Shown piece after piece: positions 54,204 through 61,169 of a stretch of DNA of 64,000 nt (positions within the stretch are counted from its first letter, which is position 1; the number at the start of each line of letters is the position of its first letter). The DNA lies in contig DATMNB010000195.1 in NCBI GenBank assembly GCA_035569435.1, forward strand, positions 4,894 to 68,893, in the 5' to 3' direction. The stretch comes from Gemmatimonadaceae bacterium. Its GTDB lineage: Bacteria > Gemmatimonadota > Gemmatimonadetes > Gemmatimonadales > Gemmatimonadaceae. The notes beneath the pieces were generated by a model that saw nothing but the letters and a program-made list of their open reading frames with translations, was not told the origin of the DNA and made no database searches. A program made the translations under genes and the position numbers.

Positions 54204-54695
54204 CTACGCGATGGCGCGTTCGTCGTATGGGGCCTTGGCCGCGCCCAGCCGCTGGCGCAACCGCGCGGCGTCGTCCGGCGTCGCGTGCATGACGATGGAG
54301 AACCCGCGCGCCGGCCGGTCCCAGGGCTCACCGTCGGTGACCGGCGTCGTCCATGTCCGGCGCGCGTTGGCCAGGAGCTCGATCCAGGCCGCGAAGGCCG
54401 GCTCGCTCGCCGGCGTCGAGAGCACGTGCGCGGCATCCTGGATCACGAGGACATACCGGTTGGCCGGCAGCCACTCGAGATCGGTCAGGCACTCGTCGAG
54501 GGCCGCCAGGTTCTCACCGAAGTAGTACGGGAACTGGAGCGCCGCCGCGATCTCGTCATAGAAGCCGGGCGGCTCGGTCATCTTGCGGCCGCGCAGCACG
54601 CGGACGGCGGCTTCGACGTCCTCGCGCGCGGTCGCCCAGGCCCAGTCGGTGAGCGTCGATGCGTCGGAAATCACCAGCGTGAACGGCGCGGTCAT
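54204..54695 (-). CDS. barstar-family ribonuclease inhibitor
   Basis: 163 aa. The FPYYFGENLAALDECLTDLEWL motif is typical of barstar (PF01337-like). ATG at 54695 overlaps the RNase stop (ATGA). The stop lies 9 nt before the pcs ATG. Confidence 0.75.
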   Translation of the reverse strand: MTAPFTLVISDASTLTDWAWATAREDVEAAVRVLRGRKMTEPPGFYDEIAAALQFPYYFGENLAALDECLTDLEWLPANRYVLVIQDAAHVLSTPASEPAFAAWIELLANARRTWTTPVTDGEPWDRPARGFSIVMHATPDDAARLRQRLGAAKAPYDERAIA

Positions 54696-55057
54696 GGTGG
54701 GGTGTCAGGGGTCATGCGGATGAACGTCCGATAGTGGTCGGGCGTGAAGTAGGCGCTGCCGTCGGTGCCGGTGATCAACCGCTCGGCGCCGCGATTGACG
54801 CCGCGCACCCATGGGTGCACGTCCCATTCCTGGTAGCGGATCGGGGAGCCGTCGGCCGCCACGCGCGGGAGCGTGGCACCGCCGTCTCGTCCATCGTCGA
54901 AGAACCGTGTGCCGCCCCGATAGCCCGCTGGGGCGCGGCCGGTCTGCCGGATGGCGGTGAGCGTCGATCGCGCGTAGTCGGGCACTGCCGTCGTGGTATG
55001 ATCGGCGGCAATGCAGGCCGTCATCAGGCCAAACAGCAGGAGCGCGCGCATGATCAT
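54692..55057 (-). CDS. secreted guanyl-specific ribonuclease (RNase Sa/barnase/N1-T1 superfamily)
   Basis: ATG at 55057 (MIMRALLLFGLMTACIAADH..., signal or lipoprotein-like). C-terminal YQEWDVHP...NRGAERLITGTDGSAYFTPDHYRTF matches the RNase Sa catalytic Glu/Arg/His pattern (Y.E[YW].V.P......RG..R......G..Y[YF]T.DHY.TF). The start overlaps the adh stop (ATGA). Confidence 0.8.
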   Translation of the reverse strand: MIMRALLLFGLMTACIAADHTTTAVPDYARSTLTAIRQTGRAPAGYRGGTRFFDDGRDGGATLPRVAADGSPIRYQEWDVHPWVRGVNRGAERLITGTDGSAYFTPDHYRTFIRMTPDTPP

Positions 55058-56043
55058 CGAGACGGGATGAGCACCGCGGCCCCTGTGAGGCGACCGGAGC
55101 GGAGATCCGCCAACGCGCGGTTCGCGTGCGCGAGCGGGTACGTCGTGATCCGCGTGCGCACCGGGACCGTGGGTGCGACGGAGAGAAACGCGCTCGCGTC
55201 CTGTCGCGTGAGGTTGGCGACCGAGCGCACGCTGCGTTCTTCCCACAGGATGTCGTACGGAAAGGCTGGGATGTCACTCATGTGAATCCCGGCGCACACG
55301 ACCGTGCCGCCGCGATCGACGGCCCGGAGCGCCGTCGGGACGAGCGCGCCGACGGGGGCGAAGATGATCGCGGCGTCGAGCGGTTCCGGCGGAGCACTAT
55401 CGGACCCGCCCGCCCACTCGGCGCCGAGCGACAGGGCAAAGGCCTGCGCCGCATCATCGCCCGGGCGCGTGAACGCAAAGACGCGGCGGCCCTCGGCGAC
55501 CGCGACCTGCGCGATCAGGTGCGCCGACGCGCCAAAGCCGTAGAGGCCGAGTCGGTGCGCGTGGCCCGCGGCTTGGAGCGAGCGAAAGCCGATGAGGCCG
55601 GCGCACAGGAGCGGCGTGGCCTCGGCGTCGGCGTAGCCGTCGGGGATGGCGACGCAGTACCGCTCGTCGGCGACCGTGCAGTCCGCGTAGCCTCCGTTCA
55701 CATGGTAACCGGTGAATCGGGCGGCCGTGCACAGGTTCTCGCGGCCACTCTGACAATAGACGCAGGTCTGATCGGTCCAGGCCAGCCAGGGGACGCCGAC
55801 GCGGGCGCCGATGTCGAACCGCGTCGCGTCGGGTCCGCGCGCCTCGACGCGTCCGACGATTTCGTGGCCGGGGATGAGCGGGAGTTTGGGGTCGTCCAAC
55901 TCGCCGTCGACGATGTGCAGATCGGTGCGGCACACGCCACAGGCGGCGACCCGGATCAGGAGCTGCCGGGGGCCGGGGATGGGGGTGGGCACTTCGGTAA
56001 ACCGAAGCGCGTGCTTGGGCGCATCGAGCAGCATCGCATGCAC
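55054..56043 (-). CDS. zinc-dependent alcohol dehydrogenase (MDR family)
   Basis: 329 aa. ACGVCRTDLHIVDGE...PLIPGHEIVGRV (catalytic Zn) and the structural Zn Cys cluster C.YC.SG.ENLC. Start is GTG 56043 or ATG 56034. Confidence 0.85.
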   Translation of the reverse strand: MHAMLLDAPKHALRFTEVPTPIPGPRQLLIRVAACGVCRTDLHIVDGELDDPKLPLIPGHEIVGRVEARGPDATRFDIGARVGVPWLAWTDQTCVYCQSGRENLCTAARFTGYHVNGGYADCTVADERYCVAIPDGYADAEATPLLCAGLIGFRSLQAAGHAHRLGLYGFGASAHLIAQVAVAEGRRVFAFTRPGDDAAQAFALSLGAEWAGGSDSAPPEPLDAAIIFAPVGALVPTALRAVDRGGTVVCAGIHMSDIPAFPYDILWEERSVRSVANLTRQDASAFLSVAPTVPVRTRITTYPLAHANRALADLRSGRLTGAAVLIPSR

Positions 56044-56111
56044 GAGCGCAATCTAGGAGCTCGACGAAGGTCGAGCTCTGTCCAACCGACTGGCTTTAGC
56101 AGGTGCTGATT

Positions 56112-57305
56112 TCAGCCACCTGCCAAAGCCCGTGGCGCGAGGCCGATGTCGGGGAGGGCGTGGCGCTCGACCCACCGGCGAAAGTAGGGGTCGTCGAAGG
56201 TCATGCCCTCGGCGAGAATCTCATCCTCGACCAAGCGACGCGCCGTCGCGTACACCGTGCTCTTGGGGCCGAGCCCGTATCGCGCGATCGTGTCGGCGGC
56301 CGTGAGCTCGGCGCCGGGCTGCGCGGCGACTGCGCGGAGCACGCGTTGGGCAGGATGCGAGAGCGAGGTCCAGAGCTTCGCGAGCAGTGCGCCCTGCTCT
56401 GTCACGAGGCGATCGAACGACCGGCGAACGCCGTCGGGTTCGGTGGCCACTTCGCCCTCGGCGTCGGCCGCGTCCCAGACGGCGCGGGCAAGCTGGACAA
56501 TGTCGCGCGTGCGCGGGCCGGCGAGCGAGACGACAATCGTAGTGCCGGCGGGGTCGAATGGAACGCCGGTGTCGTCGGCGCGCGCAGCGATCCAGTCGGC
56601 CATGACGGTCGGGTCGATGGGCGCGAAGTGCATCGTGTCGGCGAGCTTCCAGAACGCGCGGTCTTTGCTGGCGATCATCTGCTCGATGAGGGATCGGGCC
56701 GAGCCCGCCATGACGTAGGCGATCGCGCGGTGCCGTTGCATCGCGCCGCGGAGCGCCCACTCGGCGTCGGTGCCGCCCCAGTCGTGGATGCGTTGGAACT
56801 CGTCGAGGCCGACGCCGAGTGCGGCGTGTCGACGGTCGAGCTCCGCCTCGATGGCGTCGAGGACGTCGGGGACGAGGCGGTGGGGCTCGGGCGGGTCGGC
56901 GTTGACGCCGCCAAAGTCGAGGCCCACTTGGGGCAAGCCGCCGTCGGTTGGGAGCGAAAGGGTGAGGTTGAGTCGGAGGCGTTGGGCGATGCCGCGGAGC
57001 GCGTCACGCCATGGGGTGCCGATCTCGGCGTGGACGGCGGAGAGAATCCGGTTGGCTGCATCAGCCGGGCCCGAGGCGGTGGAGAGATCGACGATCGCGA
57101 CCGGGTGGCCGGTTTCCCGTACACGCGCGGCCGCGCACTCGAGCGTGGCCGATTTGCCGAGCCGGCGATCGCCGTAGACGATCAGTTTTCCGCCCGGTTC
57201 GGTCAGGGCGCGGGCGATCCGGTCGAGTTCCTCGACCCGGTCGGCCATCTCGCCAGGGCGGGGTAAGACCCCTATCGTGAAGGGGTTAGTGGGATCACGT
57301 TTCAT
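56112..57305 (-). CDS. ATP-binding protein, archaeal-ATPase/ORC-like AAA with C-terminal winged-helix-like region
   Basis: ATG at 57305 (MKRDPTNPF...); the track ORF is over-extended by 106 codons. Walker A GDRRLGKSAT and Walker B GVGLDEFQ. The C-terminal ~100 aa (LSHPAQRVLRAVAA...TVYATARRLVEDEIL) look like a wHTH. Confidence 0.6.
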   Translation of the reverse strand: MKRDPTNPFTIGVLPRPGEMADRVEELDRIARALTEPGGKLIVYGDRRLGKSATLECAAARVRETGHPVAIVDLSTASGPADAANRILSAVHAEIGTPWRDALRGIAQRLRLNLTLSLPTDGGLPQVGLDFGGVNADPPEPHRLVPDVLDAIEAELDRRHAALGVGLDEFQRIHDWGGTDAEWALRGAMQRHRAIAYVMAGSARSLIEQMIASKDRAFWKLADTMHFAPIDPTVMADWIAARADDTGVPFDPAGTTIVVSLAGPRTRDIVQLARAVWDAADAEGEVATEPDGVRRSFDRLVTEQGALLAKLWTSLSHPAQRVLRAVAAQPGAELTAADTIARYGLGPKSTVYATARRLVEDEILAEGMTFDDPYFRRWVERHALPDIGLAPRALAGG

Positions 57306-57328
57306 GGTCCATAATATATGGACCCGAC

Positions 57329-57568
57329 TTAGTGTCCGCCAGCGGCGCTGAACAGCGAGACCACAAAATGGTAGATCCCCGCCACAAGCGTCCGCGCGCC
57401 ATGTGACACGGAATCCTCGCTCACCGCGCCGATCGCGATCAGGAGGATCGCCACGATGGCCACGGCGATGAGGGGTTTCACGGCAGCGCGGACGACGCCG
57501 AGTATGACGAGGACGACGAGGGCGAAGCAGATCCAGGTGGCGATCGTGGCGGCGCTCAAGTGGTTCAC
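57329..57568 (-). CDS. small two-TM membrane protein
   Basis: 79 aa, almost entirely hydrophobic (IATWICFALVVLVILGVV; LIAVAIVAILLIAIGAV). GTG at 57568 overlaps the CPBP stop (GTGA). Confidence 0.5.
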   Translation of the reverse strand: MNHLSAATIATWICFALVVLVILGVVRAAVKPLIAVAIVAILLIAIGAVSEDSVSHGARTLVAGIYHFVVSLFSAAGGH

Positions 57569-58506
57569 GTAGGCACCCCAGGACGGCGTGTCGTGAGCAT
57601 GATGATCGGGACGATCGCCCCAAATGCGGCGAGCACGAAGATGCTTCCCTCAGGGCCGACAGTGCCGCCGCTCAGCCAGGAGGCGCCAATGGGGTGGGTG
57701 GCCATGAGATGGCCAGGGACCATCAGGCCGCTGTCGGGGACGCCGTAGAGATACGACTGGCCCCAGTCCCAGGCGGCGTGGGCGCCGATGGGCCACCACA
57801 GGGAGCCGGTGCGGTAGAGCGCAAAGCAGAAGACAAGACCAGCAGTGCCAGCGCTCACGAGGCCGATCGCCCGCTCGCCGGGGTTCCCCAAATGCAGGAG
57901 CCCGAACCCAACAGACAGCAACACGGCGGCCGGCCAGAAGCCAATGCCGCGCGCGAGGGTCGACTGGAGGTAGCCGCGGACCAGGACTTCCTCGGCCATG
58001 CCGACCATCAGGAAGGCAAAGCCCAACGCCAGCGCGTCGAGGACGAGCGTCGAGCCATGCAGGAGTTGTCCATCAAAGGCCAAGTGTCCCGTGGCAACGA
58101 GCAAGCCGACGAGCCCGGAGATGAGCACCAGCCCCCAGAGCGCGCCGACGACGAAGCGCCGAAGCCACTGGCGATCGCGTAGCCCGTAGTTCAGTACCGA
58201 TCGTCCTTCGATCCGCGCCATGATCGCGGTCGCGACGAGGACGGTGAACACGATCGATGTCTCGCTGAGGGCGAGCCCGGCCGACGTCTCTCCGCGGGGA
58301 ACGCCGGGGATGTGCCTCAGGACAAACAACACTGCTGCCCCGATCGCAAAGAGCAGGGCAACGAAGATCAGGATGCTCCAGCCGGCCCGGATGCCGTTCG
58401 GGCCTACGAAAATCCAGTGGAGCGTCGAGGGCGCGTCTGGCTGCGGGCCAGACGGCACGAGCTCAGGCGGCGCCGACCCCTGCTGTTCCGTAGGTCCGAT
58501 TGACAT
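57565..58506 (-). CDS. CPBP family intramembrane glutamic endopeptidase (CAAX protease/Abi), second copy
   Basis: Motifs EEVLVRGYL (EExxxR), FGLLHLGN (FxxxH) and HAAWDW (HxxxD/N), in a polytopic protein. ATG at 58506 (track TTG at 58515). The 5' end overlaps the ispG 3' end by 44 nt. Confidence 0.75.
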   Translation of the reverse strand: MSIGPTEQQGSAPPELVPSGPQPDAPSTLHWIFVGPNGIRAGWSILIFVALLFAIGAAVLFVLRHIPGVPRGETSAGLALSETSIVFTVLVATAIMARIEGRSVLNYGLRDRQWLRRFVVGALWGLVLISGLVGLLVATGHLAFDGQLLHGSTLVLDALALGFAFLMVGMAEEVLVRGYLQSTLARGIGFWPAAVLLSVGFGLLHLGNPGERAIGLVSAGTAGLVFCFALYRTGSLWWPIGAHAAWDWGQSYLYGVPDSGLMVPGHLMATHPIGASWLSGGTVGPEGSIFVLAAFGAIVPIIMLTTRRPGVPT

Positions 58507-59707
58507 AGTCCTCAAGGATCTCGAGAAACTCGGGGACGATGCTGTCGCCCTTGAGCGTCACGGTCAGTTTGCCATCGACGTACACCGGCGCCTTCGGCTC
58601 CTCGAACGTGCCGGGCAGCGAGATCCCGATGTTGGCGTGCTTGGACTCGCCGGGCCCATTCACGATGCACCCCATGACCGCGACGCGCATGTCCTCGACC
58701 CCCGCGTACTGCTCTCGCCACACCGGCATCTGCTCGCGGAGATACGTCTGGATGTCCTCGGCCATGTGCTGAAAGAACGTCGACGTCGTCCGCCCGCATC
58801 CTGGGCACGCCGTCACTTGTGGCGTGAAGCTCCGGAGCCCGAGCGACTGCAGGATCTGCTGGGCGACGAGCACTTCCTCGGACCGATCCCCGTTGGGCTT
58901 GGGGGTCAGCGAGACGCGGATCGTGTCCCCGATCCCCTCGGCCAGCAGGATCGACAGCCCGGCGGTGCTGGCGATGATGCCTTTGCTCCCGAGGCCGGCT
59001 TCGGTGAGCCCGAGGTGGAGTGGATAGTCGCTCCGTCGGGCCAGCAACCGATAGACGTCGACGAGGTCAGGCACGAGGCTGACCTTGGCCGAGATGAGGA
59101 TCCGCTCGTGCGCCAGCCCGACGTGCTCGGCAAGCTCCGCCGAGCGCATGGCGCTCTGGAGCATGGCTTCGATCTGCACGTCGCGGAAATCGAGCGGGTC
59201 GGTGCGGCGCGCGTTCTCGTCCATCATCTCGGTCAGGAGATCCTGGTCGAGGGATCCCCAGTTGACCCCGATGCGCACGGGCTTGTCGTTGGCGACGGCG
59301 ATCTCGACGATCTGCCGAAAGTGTTCGTCGCGGCGCTTGCCGCCGACGTTCCCCGGGTTGATGCGGTACTTGGCCAGGACCCGGGCGCACTCGGGGTACT
59401 TGGTGAGCAGGAGGTGGCCGTTATAGTGAAAATCGCCGACGAGCGGCGCCGTGACCCCTTGGTCGGCGACCCGCGCGGCGATCTCGGGGACGGCGGCCGC
59501 GGCCTCGTCGTTGTTCACCGTGATCCGCACCAACTGCGACCCCGCCCGCGCCAGGAGCACGACCTGATCGGCCGTGGAGACCGGGTCGGCGGTGTCGGTG
59601 TTCGTCATCGACTGGACGACGACCGGGTGGTCGGACCCGATCGGGACGCCGCCGACGACGGCGGTGACGGTCTTGCGGCGGACGTAGGGGGAGGGGGAGC
59701 GGCTCAT
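58463..59707 (-). CDS. ispG: 4-hydroxy-3-methylbut-2-en-1-yl diphosphate synthase
   Basis: ATG at 59707 ([36 protein letters not shown]). The CPGCGRT and [10 protein letters not shown] motifs supply the [4Fe-4S] ligands. Confidence 0.95.
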   Translation of the reverse strand: MSRSPSPYVRRKTVTAVVGGVPIGSDHPVVVQSMTNTDTADPVSTADQVVLLARAGSQLVRITVNNDEAAAAVPEIAARVADQGVTAPLVGDFHYNGHLLLTKYPECARVLAKYRINPGNVGGKRRDEHFRQIVEIAVANDKPVRIGVNWGSLDQDLLTEMMDENARRTDPLDFRDVQIEAMLQSAMRSAELAEHVGLAHERILISAKVSLVPDLVDVYRLLARRSDYPLHLGLTEAGLGSKGIIASTAGLSILLAEGIGDTIRVSLTPKPNGDRSEEVLVAQQILQSLGLRSFTPQVTACPGCGRTTSTFFQHMAEDIQTYLREQMPVWREQYAGVEDMRVAVMGCIVNGPGESKHANIGISLPGTFEEPKAPVYVDGKLTVTLKGDSIVPEFLEILEDYVNRTYGTAGVGAA

Positions 59708-59736
59708 GGTAACTAATTTACGCCGCCCGCCGTACT

Positions 59737-60183
59737 TTGGTGTCAACTCCCTTTGTCCTGAGGCAGCGTGTGACGAGCACCCAACGGCCAGCGGCACCGA
59801 GCGAACGGCACAAGTCACGGCACTGGGGGCTCATCGCGTTCGGCGCGCTCGTTGTGCTCCCGGCGGCGTTCATCGCCCTCTACACGTGGGCCACGCTGTC
59901 GTGGACGTACTCCAGCGGTGAGCGGGTGGGCTACGTCCAGAAGTTCTCGCAGAAAGGCTATGTCTGTAAGACCTGGGAAGGCGAGCTGACGGTGGTCACC
60001 CAGCCCGGGATCCCGCCGACGACGTTTGCCTTCACGGTCCGCGACGATTCGGTGGCGGCGGCGATCAACGCGCAACTCGGCAAGCGCGTGGCCCTCGAGT
60101 ACCGGCAGCACAAAGGAGTCCCCACGAGCTGCTTTGGGGAGACCGAGTATTACGTGTCCGGGGTGAAGCCCGCAGGTCTGTAG
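59737..60183 (+). CDS. hypothetical membrane-anchored protein
   Basis: One N-terminal TM helix ([22 protein letters not shown]), then a soluble domain of about 100 aa ([23 protein letters not shown]...[12 protein letters not shown]). Start is uncertain: TTG 59737 or GTG 59770. Confidence 0.5.
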   Translation: MVSTPFVLRQRVTSTQRPAAPSERHKSRHWGLIAFGALVVLPAAFIALYTWATLSWTYSSGERVGYVQKFSQKGYVCKTWEGELTVVTQPGIPPTTFAFTVRDDSVAAAINAQLGKRVALEYRQHKGVPTSCFGETEYYVSGVKPAGL

Positions 60184-60213
60184 GGTCCTAAACAAATGTC
60201 GGATAGCCGACTC

Positions 60214-60241
60214 TTGCCCTTTTTCCAGGCGTACATATATT
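60214..60241 (+). promoter_or_regulatory. candidate sigma-70-type promoter for the cold-shock gene
   Basis: TTGCCC (60214..60219), a 16-nt spacer, then TATATT (60236..60241), in an AT-rich gap. This would give a long 5' UTR of about 80 nt, as is usual for csp genes. Pattern match only. Confidence 0.35.
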
Positions 60242-60324
60242 CGCCCGCGATAATGGGGTTATTTGGCTTTGTCGGGGGTACGGCGCGCTCCGCTCCCTAG
60301 ACAAATTTCTTATCAGGAGTAGGA

Positions 60325-60540
60325 ATGCGTACCACCGGGAAAGTGAAGTGGTTCAACGATGCGAAGGGGTTCGGGTTCATCACGCCGGACAACGGACAGA
60401 AGGACTGTTTCGTCCACTACAGCGCGATTCAGGGCAACGGCTTCAAGTCGTTGGCTGAGGGTGACGTTGTGGAGTTCGACATCGTGCAGGGCCAGAAGGG
60501 CCCGGCCGCGGAGAACGTCGTGAAGGCGGGCGCTCGGTAA
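60325..60540 (+). CDS. cspA: cold-shock protein, CspA family
   Basis: 71 aa. [15 protein letters not shown] (RNP1) and CFVHYSAI (RNP2). A GGAGTAGGA-type SD lies upstream. Confidence 0.95.
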   Translation: MRTTGKVKWFNDAKGFGFITPDNGQKDCFVHYSAIQGNGFKSLAEGDVVEFDIVQGQKGPAAENVVKAGAR

Positions 60541-60585
60541 CACTCGCTGTCGGCGGGCAGGCGCGGTTGCACATCAGTTGGTCAA

Positions 60586-60617
60586 AGGGGCACCCTACAC
60601 GGGTGCCCCTTTCTCTT
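60586..60617 (+). terminator. intrinsic terminator downstream of the csp gene
   Basis: AGGGGCACCC-TACAC-GGGTGCCCCT, a perfect 10-bp stem (60586..60610), followed by TTCTCTT. Confidence 0.7.
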
Positions 60618-60629
60618 GGGAGTAGGCTC

Positions 60630-61160
60630 ATGCCCGTTCTTACTGCTGCCCGTCGTCTCGTAGTTGCCGCCGCCATCGCCGTCGCGGCAGTTGCCCCCGC
60701 GGCCCAAGCCCAGGGGTACTTTGGCCTCGGCGGCGGCGGCGCGTTCCCCGTCGGGCAGGCCGGCCGGCAGCTGGCCATCGGCTACAACGCCCTGGGCTTT
60801 ATTGGATTCGGTGCGCCTGACATCCCGCTCGGCGTGCGCTTCGATGGCATGTACAATCACTTTCAGTACAAGCACGCCACAAACGCGAGCGAGACCCTCT
60901 GGACCGGCAACGCCAACTTGGTGGCGCCGCTCTCCCAGGGGCCGCTGGTCCCCTACCTGATCGGCGGCGTCGGCTACTACGCGCGCAACACGTCCTTTGC
61001 CAACAGCAACACGGGCGCATTCGGTGTGAATGGCGGCCTCGGCGTGCGGACATGGGGCGCCAGTCGATTCGGCATCTTCCTCGAGGCTCGCTACCACTAC
61101 GCCTTCACCCGCAACCCCGGCCAGGCGATCGTGCCGATTACGGTCGGGGTCATCTTCTAG
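60630..61160 (+). CDS. small outer-membrane beta-barrel protein (8-stranded OmpA/OmpW-like porin-family fold)
   Basis: ATG at 60630. Signal peptide MPVLTAARRLVVAAAIAVAAVAPAAQAQG, then alternating Gly/aromatic beta-strand segments. Terminal ...ITVGVIF ends in a C-terminal Phe beta-signal. Confidence 0.75.
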   Translation: MPVLTAARRLVVAAAIAVAAVAPAAQAQGYFGLGGGGAFPVGQAGRQLAIGYNALGFIGFGAPDIPLGVRFDGMYNHFQYKHATNASETLWTGNANLVAPLSQGPLVPYLIGGVGYYARNTSFANSNTGAFGVNGGLGVRTWGASRFGIFLEARYHYAFTRNPGQAIVPITVGVIF

Positions 61161-61169
61161 CGCGGGCGT

